This document shows positions 24,902 through 36,389 of a DNA stretch of 64,000 bases, one piece after another (within the stretch, counting starts at the first letter, position 1; each line of letters begins with the position of its first letter). The position numbers and the translations under genes are program-made. Below the pieces are notes generated by a model. It made no database searches and was not told the DNA's origin. It saw only the letters and a list, made by a program, of their open reading frames with translations. Source of the DNA: an uncultured Nitrososphaeraceae archaeon. Lineage in GTDB: Archaea > Thermoproteota > Nitrososphaeria > Nitrososphaerales > Nitrososphaeraceae. The stretch covers positions 1-64,000 of the forward strand of contig CAWIMJ010000034.1 of NCBI GenBank assembly GCA_963837175.1, in the 5' to 3' direction.

Positions 24902-26711
24902 ATGTCTTTAAAAAGCCAAGAACAAAACAACACACTTAGCAAGATTATAGTGGCATTTTTTATTCTTATAATGCTGACTGGTTTTTCATTTAACTACAAT
25001 AGTTCTCCTGCATTGGCTCAGCAAAGTCTAGAGTCTAATACAGTAAGTGGAAATGCAACTTCTCCATCTAATCAAAATATTACTGGTAGTAATATAGTTA
25101 ATCCCTCTGTTAACCTGACCGGCGTCAATACTGTAGAGAAGATAAGAACTGTTAACCTACCACAATTAACAGGAAAGCCCCAAGAATTCGGATCAATAGT
25201 CCCAGGGCAGAAGATCAATTTAGAAGAAATAGAAAGGACACGGGTCAGCCCAGAGGTCTTTGAATCTTTAAAAAGTCGATCCAATGAAACAGGTACCCTA
25301 GGATTTAGTCCCATAGGTACTGCAAAACTAATTCTATTTGATTCCAAAAATATTCAAAGAATGAATTTTACGACTAATACAAATTCAAGTGGTGGTGCTA
25401 ATTCATCATCTTCTAGTGTTAACTCGCCATTATTGAATAATAGTGGAATGGCATCTGTAAATCAAACTATAGCTAGTAGCAGAGAGCCAGGACCATTGTT
25501 TTCTAGTACAAATGTTGGGTTTGAGGGACTTAATATTAATACCGGATGTGGCGGTGGGTGCTTTCCTCCAGATGTAACTGTTGCAGCAGGACCCAATCAT
25601 GTAGTTGAGATGGTCAATGTTGGAATGCAGATCTGGGACAAAGCTGGTAATTCTCTTTCAACAACATCGCTTTCAGATTTCTATGGCACTGGTCCAGATT
25701 TTATCTTCGATCCCAAAATAGTTTTTGATAAGCAGAGTAACCACTGGTTTGCCGCAATTGCAGATGCAGGCGATAGAAACTGTAATCCTCAATGCAGCAT
25801 ACTTGTTGCTGTTTCACTTACAGATGATCCAACTGGCACTTGGAATATCTACTCTTTTCCATTTGGCATGTTGTTTTCAGATCAACCTATAATTGCGACT
25901 AGTGATGATAAGCTTGCTATAAGTGTCAATGACTTTGATCCCATTGCTGGAGGATATGTCGGCGCACAGGTCTATGTTGCTGATAAGAATGCCATGATCA
26001 GTGGATCTTCTGCTACCTATACTCCTACTACACCTGATCCCACTCTATTCTCTATTCATCCTGCGCAATCACTTAGCTCAACTCCATGTCTATATATGGT
26101 AAGCGTTAATGCTCTCGGGTACTAATGCTTTACAATTGTTCAGTGCATGCGGACCTCCAACAACAGGAGTTACCTTTACTCGTATGGGAGATATCCCAAT
26201 GGCTCCTTCAAGCGTACCTCCATCAGCCACGCAGCCCGGTCCTACAACTGTAGACACTGGTGATGGACGATCACTAACTGCAGTTTACAATGGAGGTACA
26301 ATTTGGCATGGCTTCAATGATGCTTGTATTCCTGATGGCACAACCGTACAGTCATGCACAAGAATACAGAAATTAGACATCAATAATTTGAATTCGTTGC
26401 TAGTAGACACAAACATTGGAGCGGCAGGTATGGATACATATTATCCTGCAGTAAGCATGAATGACGCTGGCAATATGCTTCTTGTATTTGGGACTTCTGC
26501 TTCTGGTACACATCCAAGTCTTATAGTTGGAGGAGATGATTGGAATTTTGCTTCCTTAGCAGTAGGCTCCTCACCTATTACAGAAGACAGATATGGTGAT
26601 TACTTTGGTGTAGGTACAGAACCAGATGGTAAATCTGTTTGGGTAGCAGGAGAATATGTTAATCAGGTGATACCAAATAGCTGGTCTACATTCGTAGGAA
26701 ATATTTCCTAG
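24902..26711 (+). CDS. Secreted protein with probable beta-propeller domain, split by a +1 G near 26117
   Basis: Signal-like N-terminus, S/N/T-rich linker, PPDVTVAAGPNHVVEMVN, FDPKIVFD, and a C-terminal RYGDYFG. The two ORFs join at ctcgggtact. Confidence 0.75.
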
Positions 26712-26745
26712 GTTGTAAAGGAATTGCAATAAAGAACAAAACAGC

Positions 26746-26769
26746 AAGTTAGTGCATAAGCACTAACTT
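26746..26769. promoter_or_regulatory. Perfect 10-bp inverted repeat (terminator or operator candidate)
   Basis: aagttagtgc-ataa-gcactaactt, 35 bp after a stop codon. Confidence 0.35.
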
Positions 26770-26932
26770 AATTATTTAAAATTCGTGTAAGGCAAATCCA
26801 ACAAAAAAATAAAATGAGATTATTTATATTTATTTTATTTTTCCATAAATTATAATAGCATATATTTCTATATAACTCTCTTATAGTAAAGCTAACTACA
26901 GTATTTTTATAATTTTCTGCATTAAGATCTAT

Positions 26933-27337
26933 ATGTCATTTTTATTATTAATCTCTCTATTTAGCGTATTGTTAAGTATCAACTTCATTATTGCAACTTC
27001 ATTTGCTGAAACTTGTACACTTTGCAATGGAATAAATAGTGCTTATGGCAAATACAATCTGGTATTTATGGATAACGACAATGAAAATAAAAGTGAAGAT
27101 AATAGTAGCAAGCTAATTCCAGTAGAATCCGTAGAAAGCAAGGGAAAAGTAAACGTTCAACAATTGCCAGCCTCTAATGAATCCGAGTCCTCAAATATGC
27201 AAAAGGAGAATAATATTACTGCTATACCATTACATTCCAAAATACCTCCGGAAGAGCTTGCTAAATTGAAGGAACTTGTAAAAAACAGAACTATTGACAA
27301 TATTAGTTCTACATCTGACATTGCCGACAAATCTTAA
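26933..27337 (+). CDS. Small secreted hypothetical protein
   Basis: Hydrophobic N-terminus. Weak resemblance to the N-terminal part of 24902 (VNVQQLP vs VNLPQL, PEELAKLK vs PEVFESLK). Confidence 0.55.
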   Translation: MSFLLLISLFSVLLSINFIIATSFAETCTLCNGINSAYGKYNLVFMDNDNENKSEDNSSKLIPVESVESKGKVNVQQLPASNESESSNMQKENNITAIPLHSKIPPEELAKLKELVKNRTIDNISSTSDIADKS

Positions 27338-27660
27338 ATTTTTTATTATACAATAATGGGTAAAGCTTCTAAAGTTCAAGTCGAAGATTATACGGGGAAA
27401 TAAGCGAGCGACTATTTGTACATATAAATAAGAATAACAAACTACACCATCAAAACAACTATAGTCGTGATGGTTTCAATGTATATGTTGACAGTATGTG
27501 GCATGTTTTTCCTAAATGGTTTGTTTCTTATAGAAGGGTTTACAGTCTATTTTATGGTATAATCATCTAGCCGAACGAAAGACATTATAGCCATTACTTC
27601 ATAATAAAAATGATTGCTCCCTAATTAAGAAACCCCTCATAATCCTTCCCATATAATAGT

Positions 27661-28380
27661 GGCTCTGTTCACTTAACGATTTGTAATTGTTTGTTATGAT
27701 AACCTATGAATAGATTTAACCAATTCCACACATGTAATAATAATTTACAATTCTTCTTTCTGCAAGGGAAATAGTCATTATCAAAGCATTCTGTGTTCTA
27801 TCTTTTTTTATGTACCGCATTGTTCTTCTTTCTCTCTAATGATGCTTTTCTCATAAGATAAATGGATATATGATGATGAGACAATCTCAAGAAGAACCTA
27901 CAAGCCTGTGGATAGATACCAAGTACCTCCTCCATCTGTGGAAACTGGATGTTTACCATGAATCCCAACTAAGCTTGAAATAAATCGCTCAGCTAAGAGC
28001 ATATATTTCTCTCTTTAGATATACTAATTCCAAGGATTTCCTTACTCTCAAGTTCAATAGCAACCCAAAGCCATATCAATTCTGAATCAATTTTTATTAA
28101 TATTTCATCTATGATGAATTCCTCGATTTTCTTTTTCCTTCCTTTCAAATATCTTTTTGGGTTTATACTTTTGTATCCAATTCCAGATTGATTGATACAT
28201 GATTTCTCTCTTTATAAAACAAGACGATAATCTTTTGGATGTCTTTCTTAATCAAAGACCTGAAAAATAAAAATATAGACCATAGTCAATATATTCTGAA
28301 GATGTTCTGTTTCTTGTATTCATAAAAAGAAGAGATAGGACATATTCAAGCTATAGATTTATCGTTAAGTGAACAGAGCC
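27661..28380 (-). mobile_element. IS6-family element, 720 bp, apparently identical to 17797-18516
   Basis: Same IRs and internal sequence. Flanked by the direct repeat tataatagt. Confidence 0.92.
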
Positions 28381-28661
28381 TATAATAGTAACGTGCAGAA
28401 TATATACATCTAAAATTGAAGAACTCCATCATTTCTATTTAAGTCTCTTACTAAAAGTATATTGAGATCATTGCCATCATATATTGCCCACAAGATATCA
28501 ATTGCAGGTATTATTGCATAAAAAGATAGCAAACATCACCATCACGATACTCAAAATTGACATTCCAGTAAATTAGATGATATCAAGGGATCTTCTCTCT
28601 ATCCTTCTTTTTTTCTAAATATGGTAGAATTGGCGCCTGTATAAGAATCCAACCAAAGGCT

Positions 28662-29021
28662 TCATTTCTCTTCCATACACATAGGCAATTTACCATTGTG
28701 TTTACTGCCATATTCGATTAGAAGCTGTTCCTTAGATTTATCAGCTGAATCTGTTATAGCATAACTGAATCTTCTGGCCTTGCTTGTACAAGGATCTGAG
28801 AAGCAATCAAGTAGAGATTGTCTAAGGTTTTGATTGTCGCTTCCTATATAGAGAATCTTCATACTGGCATGTAGCTTGTAAACACCGGATATTTCTGGAA
28901 CAATACTAGCAATATTGGATCGATCAAAATCTAGCCATTCTGACCAATTCAATGTTTGTTCTTCTACATTATTAGCACTCACAACAAGTAAAGATGTCTT
29001 TTTACATATATATTTCTGCAT
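28662..29021 (-). CDS. GIY-YIG-like domain protein
   Basis: SGVYKL...ILYIGS...NLRQSL. Confidence 0.7.
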   Translation of the reverse strand: MQKYICKKTSLLVVSANNVEEQTLNWSEWLDFDRSNIASIVPEISGVYKLHASMKILYIGSDNQNLRQSLLDCFSDPCTSKARRFSYAITDSADKSKEQLLIEYGSKHNGKLPMCMEEK

Positions 29022-29215
29022 TTAACTTATTGGTCAGAATCTGAAAACTCACAACAATATTTTCATAAAGGAGATGTTGCACAAAATAAGCTCGTCTGCG
29101 CATAATTAAAAATTGAAGGAATCTTTTTTCTTCATTAACATTTACCGTGATCTAAAAAAGACATTGTGTTTGTTCTTATTACAGCTTCTATTAATTATTC
29201 AGTTGTACGATGCAG

Positions 29216-30178
29216 TCACACCTTGATCTTGGGGCCAATGACATTGGCCACCGCATCAGCGATTTGAATACCGTAACACTTGCGAGCCTCCTCAGTTTGT
29301 TCAATTTGTACACCTATTGTGCCAAGGCGGTTTACAATGTTTTCCGAGTCATTACCGTTAAAGTTATCTGGACACAAATCGCCACCCGTGGCTACTATTA
29401 TCCCAGAGCCGCGGACGGCATACTCCATTTCCTCTTTAATTTTCTTCTTTAGAGGATCTGGCATGCATCCTCCAAGGCAAATTGAATCAGGGTCCTGATT
29501 GTCTTTTTTGGAATATCCATGGAAGGCAACCGCATATTCAAATCGACGCTCAATAACCGTTTTAAGATTTGGGAACGATTCCTCGCTGATATCCGTCGAA
29601 GTAATGTGCCAGCGGTCAAAGGCGCCACCGCCTCGTTTAAAACCTTTGCAGACCCATACAGAAACACACTAGGATGAAAGCTGTTTGCCGACGTGTTCGG
29701 CTTGTTCATCTGTGTATTGTTCGATATCGCCGCCATGCGGGGCTATGGCGATTAGTCCGCTATGATGGCCTTTGTCATCTAGCTGTTCAATAAATTCACT
29801 GTTGCATCTTGCCTGAGAAACAGTAACACCGACGGCTGTGACCTGAGCATTAAGATTACCCGTGAAAGTATATGTACTCGAGGATTCATCGCAGAGTTCC
29901 AAGCGATCGCACAGGTCCTTAGGTTTACTGTAGCCCACAAATACAACATCTGGTTCTTCTTTATGCGTATCAATTATCGTGTAGAGCGCGAGTGTTGTCC
30001 CGTTTGCTGTGGGCCTTTCTATCCGAACTTGCTGACCTAGCTTTAGCCCTATCATATCAATCTGGTTAAGATTTGCTGAGCAATGCTCCTTACGGTGAGA
30101 TGGGTCGAATCTGTCTTTATCCGGTATAAATTGAGCGGTGTAGGAAGTTTTTGTTAACATTCTCCTGTATCTTTTCAA
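29216..30178 (-). pseudogene. Poly-gamma-glutamate hydrolase family (DUF867/PghP-like), one in-frame TAG at 29669-29671
   Basis: IAPHGGDIE, RWHITS, AVAFHG, NIVNRL, GVQIEQ. Reading through the TAG joins the 30178 and 29464 ORFs in frame. Confidence 0.85.
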
Positions 30179-30563
30179 ATATTATTCTCGATGTATATAT
30201 ACTAGTTCTTTAAACCATATTAGATGAAATCCCATAATAATAAAGGCACCAGGAAGAGTGAATGGAATTTAAAATGGACACTATCTATTCTAAACCTTTG
30301 AGCATAAAAAATTGCCAATTCTTAAGACGGCTTTGTGTCTAAAAGCATAGTTTGCGATCGGGTTTCCAGATTCCTAATTTTTTTAAGGAACAATTTTGGC
30401 TTCTTAAGAAGAAGCTATAATTACTTTTTTTATAATCACATCTGAAAACCATAACGCTTATTATATATCATTATACTAAGTAAACACGCTTTATTAGTAC
30501 AAGATAGAAATGCAGATGATATGGTTGATGCTTTAAGAGGAATAGAGGCTCAATTAACAGATA

Positions 30564-31661
30564 TCAGATAGTATAAGGGGTTATCTTTCTGATGACAAGC
30601 CTCTTTAATTCCACGTTCTTTGGACTGCTGCCGTCGGTTCTAACCCAGATGTAGCTCTTATCGCCTGAGCCTTCATACCTGTTTCTATCAACCATGTAAG
30701 CAAAAGGATTGTTGTCATTGATGGTAATTATTGGTGTGAATGTTCCATTGCCGTCATAGTCTATCTCTATCTTGTGTACCACTTTCTTGTTTGCATCGTC
30801 AAAGACAGAGAACCTAACAGTATAGCTCTTACCATTCTCAAGGTTCCTTGGTAGTGATGTGTCATTCTTTATGTTTGTGTGGTCATTATGGAAGTTTTCT
30901 CTTTGTACTTTGAATGTGCCATGTGCAATACTACAGCCAAATCCTCCAAAACGATTTTCATGTGGATCATACTCATTATGTCTACTTCTTAGCCTAAGTG
31001 ATAGATTATCCAAAGTGGAGTTCATGACAAAAGTTACCTCCATCTGTGCATCGTAGTTGTTTACATGAGTGTATATTCTAGCGTTAGCGCCTGATAGTAA
31101 AGCTGTTCCATCTCCTTTAACTTCAAACCTTCTGTCTAAAACTGAACCTGCAGCCACTTCGGTTGTGGGATCATCTGGGTCGAATTGGCGAGCTAATGTT
31201 ATTACTCTACTATGGCCGTTATTCCAGTGGCCGTTTGTATTAGAGTCCCAAAGAACGTCACCACTTGGCGGTACTGCTCATCATCAGGAACACATTTCTG
31301 CTGAGCCTCATCCCAATGGAATCTTGGATCACAAGGTGGTAGATGTCACTACATCTGGCTGACATGATTGACTTGATTCATCCCAATGGAATCCGGCTGG
31401 ACATGCATGATATGGTGGGGTTACTGTGCCTGTTGGATCTATATCCCTAACATCTATCTTCTTAAAGTCAATGTTCTGGTATTCATTGACTCTGAAGGTT
31501 GTAATCTTACCTCCCCACCAAACTAGCTGATTGTATCTTCCTGTGTCTTGACCAGTGTCTATCCACCCAAAGTATTTTCTCGATTTCTGATTGTTAATAG
31601 ATCCATTAACATTGTCATTTGGTGTGAAGGGATCTTTGTTTATCCAAAGCTCATTTATCAC
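30564..31661 (-). pseudogene. Fragmented hypothetical protein with beta-rich domains and a CPxGxxW motif
   Basis: ORFs 31329-31661 and 30564-31157 have similar C-terminal strands (DFKKIDVRDI and ELKRLVIRKI). Also CPAGFHWDESSQSC. Confidence 0.5.
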
Positions 31662-31977
31662 GGATTTGTATCTGGTGCATTTTTATTAGTGATTGCCTTT
31701 GTATCAATACACCTGTTTATAAAGTCAGCAGGATTGATAGTAAATAGCTTGTTGACGTCGATAAAATCATAGTTCGGGTGATCTAATTCTTCTTTCTCCA
31801 TTAATTCGGTACTATCCGTGTCTACTGCGTCTACTGTTGATAGCTGAATAGCTATAGTATACATGTTTTATGATGCGTCTTTCAAGAGAAAGGACAATTA
31901 TTGTATGTTATCAATTATTGAGACAGATGCGGGAAAGATATGGCAAAAAAGTCATTTACATACAGATGGTGCTGCTA

Positions 31978-33085
31978 TACTGACTAACATAATTTCGCTA
32001 ATCTATTGTTCTCATCAGATATTTCACAATATCTAGATTGAATCTTGTAGTTCTGTAATAATACGAAATTGTATCTTTTAGAAAATCAAACAATGGATAA
32101 TAAGTAGAAAGTATATGATACTTTCCTTGTCTCCAGCATTCTTCTACTGCATCAAATTCAGGAGATCCAACAGGAAAATATTCTAATCTGATGGTATCCT
32201 TATTAGAATCAAGGAATCTTTTTGTAATCTTTGAACAGTGTGGTGTAGCTCTATCAACAAAAATTACAATTTTACCAACAAATCTTTTCTGTACCTGTTT
32301 TAGATAATTAACAAACGTCTTGCTGTTAAATTTATCATATTGTTTGAATAGTTGTTTACCGTCTAAAGATAGACAGCCAAATACAATTGTTCTTTTTCTG
32401 GAACCTGTTACAGTTATTATGGGACGTTTGTATTTAGAAATCCATTTCTTTCTTCTGATTGTATAATCATATACAAATATGGATTCATCTTTACAAGTTA
32501 CAGTCCAGTCTGATTTTAGATTTTCAATAATATGGTTTACTCTTTTTTGAATTTCATTTTTTCCTTTGCTGAAGCAGTATTTACAAACCTTTTCTGTGGT
32601 ACTTTAGATTTGAAACCCCATTTGTGTAATAGACGGTAAATATGTACCTCATGATATCTTACTCCTGTCTTTTTGTAAATAAGATCCATTACCTGTCTGA
32701 AATCCCAACCGGTATTACTTTCAGCCAATTCCTGTTTATTTTTATCATTACACCTTTTGGTACATCTGGAGGTCTACCACTTCTTGGTTGATCTTTTAAT
32801 CCATCCAGTCCATCTTTATCAAATCTATGTAACCATTTGTAAGCCCACCATCTTGATGTGTTTAATTCATGTTCTGCTACAGATGCCGCTTCTTGTTTGT
32901 CTATCTTGACACGTTTTACAAGTAGTATTCTTTCCTTTACATTACTGTCTTTTTCTTTCTTGTATGCATTATTTAGAACAGCGTTAATCGATACGAACAA
33001 TTATTAAAACTGACTATATATTAGCAAGCTAAATTGGTTATGGTAAAAATAATTAGGTAATAGTATGAATCTATGTTAGTTAGTA
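31978..33085 (-). mobile_element. IS630-family element with frameshifted transposase
   Basis: IRs tactgactaacata and tatgttagttagta, TA duplication at 31976-77 and 33086-87. HTH ORFs, then DESIF, VDRATPH and SPEFDAVEECW. The empty site is visible at 47441-47460. Confidence 0.92.
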
Positions 33086-33419
33086 TAGATGGTACAATAA
33101 TTCACGTAAATAGATTAGGATAAAAAACACCTTGTCTATGAATACTGGATTTAGGAACTTGATAATGGAAAGATTTGTACAACAGATAAAGGATAAGATA
33201 GAAACAATGTTTTGATGATCACTTTTCCTATACAAAAAGGATAGAGGTGGAACAGATATCACAAATGTCTCTGTAAAAATCTATTGGAGTCAATGTGTCC
33301 TTGTTGTACATACAGTAATTGTTGTAAATGGATCAAAGAAGGATAAGTAGAAGAATTCAATTGAATTCTAAAGTGTTGCAGACAAAGAAGTTTATATATA
33401 TAACCTTTGTGATAAAAGT

Positions 33420-33839
33420 GTGAAGTCAAAAGCGATATTAATTGGAACGATGACAATTCTAGCAATTTTCGTGGGAACCTCGGCTTTTTCAAATAGTGCA
33501 TACGCGGCGACCATACATGTGGCATGTGCAACTCCGCCTAACGAAAATCCAGCACCATCTGACGGAACCTCGTTGGTTTATGCAATAATAAATAACAATT
33601 TGATAGATTTTACTGAAGTAGTTGCTGATGATGTGTTCGGCCATTCTATAGGATGGGATCCAAATGGAGCGGATACATCTTTCATAGTAGACGTACCTTC
33701 TTTTGCCAGTAGTAATTCAGTAATTGCGGTAAGCACAAATGATCCTGTTAATATTAATGTCTGTGGCGTAAATCTTGTTATTCCTGAAGGTTTAGAGGCA
33801 AATATTACAAAGTCTATGAACACGACAGCATCCAAATAA
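33420..33839 (+). CDS. Small secreted hypothetical protein
   Basis: Signal peptide MKSKAILIGTMTILAIFVG...AYA. Paralog at 47782. Confidence 0.7.
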   Translation: MKSKAILIGTMTILAIFVGTSAFSNSAYAATIHVACATPPNENPAPSDGTSLVYAIINNNLIDFTEVVADDVFGHSIGWDPNGADTSFIVDVPSFASSNSVIAVSTNDPVNINVCGVNLVIPEGLEANITKSMNTTASK

Positions 33840-33944
33840 TTTTCTTCCTTTTTTTTCTTTGATTAAGGTATATTTACACAATTATAAAAATATAAATCCC
33901 TCTTCTTCTATTCTTCAAATCTATTTTACGTATAAAGCATTTAT

Positions 33945-34285
33945 ATTGTATCATTAGTTTCCCTCGGATCAAAGGTTTGCGGATCTATCTTGTATGTACT
34001 CAAATCTCGGATACCTTCCTTCTGAATTTAAGATATTTATTTACCCCGGCTCTTATGCTAGTTCGGGGTCAAGCTGATCTTCAGTGGTCTCTGCTTGCAT
34101 TAAACCTTTGTACCCTTTCGTACCCTTTCCGGTATTTGGATTTCCTCCTGATTCCGCTGCAATGATGCCTCTTACTAAATAGGGATTTATTCCCACCTAA
34201 TCTTCTGATTCTCTCTATTTATGCTTAGATTGAAATCATACAGCGCATAATTAGGTCTAGACTGAGGTGACCTTTCAACATTCAT
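33945..34285 (-). pseudogene. Leader plus SLT lytic transglycosylase fragment (not in ORF track)
   Basis: Manual translation: MNVERSPQSRPNYALYDFNLSINR / GINPYLVRGIIAAESGGNPNTGKGTKGYKGLMQAETTEDQLDPE / TSIRAGVNKYL. Contains the catalytic ES and the GLMQ motif of SLT domains. Confidence 0.8.
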
Positions 34286-34341
34286 TGTCACGTTGATAAC
34301 TCTATAAGCTTGCGCTCAATAATCGTATAGACTTGCTGTAA

Positions 34342-34672
34342 CCTTATCAGTTGGTTCAGAGGTCATAAAAAAGCTATTTCACTATTTTGCCAACCATTAT
34401 GAGGGAGCAATTCAGATATATTCCAAGCTTCTATAATATTGATCTTGACATCCCCTTACAAGCTGACCAAAAAAATTGCGAATATTATGTTTGTAGAATT
34501 AAGAAAGCTACACCATAATGTCATGAGAAGAAGCATGGATATGAACGAAGCTGATATCTTGGCTGGTCGTGCTAAATCAGTTTCTGCTAAACATTATGCT
34601 ATGTATGAGCTGGATAAACTTACAAATTCATATATGCAGGCTTGGAGCAAGTTTGGGTTGAAGTTTTCATGA
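34342..34672 (+). pseudogene. C-terminal fragment of SSV-type tyrosine integrase
   Basis: WFRGHKK..YFTILPTIMREQF..ELRKLH..ILAGRAKSVSAKHYA, a close paralog of the 39044 C-terminus. Confidence 0.88.
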
Positions 34673-34774
34673 GAAATCTTGATGTATATGCTATATCCTT
34701 TCCATTAGCCAACAATAACAAAAAGAATTGGACAAGATAAAACAAACAAGATTCAATTTATTACGATGTATCTA

Positions 34775-34886
34775 TACTGCCTAACATAATTTCGTATATC
34801 TTTTAAAACCAAGTAAAAGGATTTTTTAAGCATAGTAAACCTTACATATTAAGAAAAATCTGTAAACGAACTTTTGTTAGTGAGTA
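34775..34886. mobile_element. 112-bp IS630-type MITE
   Basis: Ends tactgcctaacataatttcg and tgttagtgagta resemble the IS630 IRs at 31978. TA on both sides. Reverse complement of 40678-40789. Confidence 0.85.
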
Positions 34887-35391
34887 TATTCTAAAATTAA
34901 CACAAATAATAAATGTTATCTTTCATAAGCATTGATACTAATTCATAGGACTGTGGTCAGATAACTTATTATTTCATGGTCAGATGATCCTTATATGATC
35001 GTCAAATTTACATCTGATTCTATAAACCCTGACATGACATTGTATATATAATCATTGAACATCATCGAAGAAAGGATACAAAATCTTATGAAGTAAGAAA
35101 ATGTAAAGACTAAATAATCTATAGCAGCAAAAATCGTAAAATCAATTAGAGAACAAGTCATTAAGCAATGACTTCAAGGCACTTCTAAAGAGAAAATTGC
35201 TAAAAATAATAGAACAGGAACTCGAACTTTAAGTTGTATTATAAGAGACTGTAATGAAGGTTTTCTAGATATTAGCTTCTTATTTAGAGGAGTCGACTTA
35301 TAAGGTGACTTACCTTCATGTACTTTCATAGCGTGTTTCTGATAAGTATTTAACAGTTAAACCGTTACCATATAGAGGAACTAAATTATAA

Positions 35392-36361
35392 ATTTCAATC
35401 CTATCTTAGTTTCTAACTTATCTTATTTCCCTCATTCACTAGCTTCTTCTTTATGTTTCAATCCTATCTTAGAGCCTATCCCAAAAATAGATAGACATAT
35501 AGCTTGAAGATAATCTGCTTATAGATGTGACGTATAAGAGAAAGAAACATTTTCCAACTATCAGAAAAATTCCAGATGATTTATGGGAAGAGATCAAGCT
35601 AATACTTCCTCCAGAAAAATCAAATAAAACTATAGGGCGCCCTGTTGTCCCATTTAGAAGAGTTCTTGACGGTATTCTATATGTTTTAAGAACTGGATGC
35701 CAATGGAAGATGTTACTGAAAGAATATGGTTCTGGTTCTACATCTCATAGGCGGTTTCAACAATGGATAGTATCTAAAGTATTTCACAGATTATGGATTA
35801 GACTATTGAAAGTTTATGATGATCTTAGAGGTATTAAATGGACATGGCAATCGCTTGATAGTGTATCAGTGAAAGCTCCTTTAGGGGGGACATGATTGGT
35901 CCAAATCCTACTGATAGAGGCAAATTGGGAACTAAGCGTCATGTACTGACAGACCAACGTGGCATTCCAATATCTGTTGTCATTACATCTGCAAATACAC
36001 ATGACATGAAGGCTGCAACAGATACACTGGATAGTGTGGTAGTTGAAAGATCGTTAAAGAAACAGAATCTGTGTCTTGACAAAGGATACGACTTTCCAGA
36101 AATAGAAAAAGAATCTATCAATAGAAGGTACATCCCGCATATCCGTCACAGAGGAGAAGAGAAAAAAGGATTGATAAAGATAGGATACATGGCAAAGAGA
36201 TGGGTTGTAGAAAGAACTAACTCGTGGCATAATAGGTTTAGGAAATTACTAGTAAGGTATGAAAAGAAGTCAGAGAACTATCTTGCACTGGTTTGTTTAG
36301 CTTGCTGTATTATTGTCTACAGGAGGATAATTTTGGGATAGGCTTTTAGTCAGTTTCTAAC
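35392..36361 (-). CRISPR. Relic CRISPR mini-array: two repeats, one 37-nt spacer, second repeat split by IS5
   Basis: Removing the IS5 and one TTA restores the 30-nt GTTTCAATCCTATCTTAGTCAGTTTCTAAC (reverse complement ends ATTGAAAC). A degenerate copy with a 4-nt deletion is at 35392-35417. Spacer is 35418-35454. Confidence 0.7.
35472..36345 (+). mobile_element. IS5-family element with two overlapping ORFs (35527-35895, 35892-36341), probably intact
   Basis: IRs gagcctatcccaaaa and ttttgggataggctt, TTA TSD. Motifs LRTGCQW, SLDSVSV, LDKGYD, RWVVERT. Confidence 0.92.
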
Positions 36362-36389
36362 TTTCTTTCTTTCTGATACCTCTTAAACC

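Larger units (their letters stand above)
31927..33958 (+). repeat. Segment duplicated at about 47402-48320 (this copy carries the IS630)
   Basis: atgcgggaaagatatggca...gatggtacaataattcacgtaaata...aaagcatttatattgta is near-identical in both places. Confidence 0.9.

Noticed and set aside
35150-35290. Remnant of an HTH/coiled-coil gene often found near integrases, with a possible C-terminal piece at 40363-40548
   Set aside because: Based only on vague recall and interrupted by stops.
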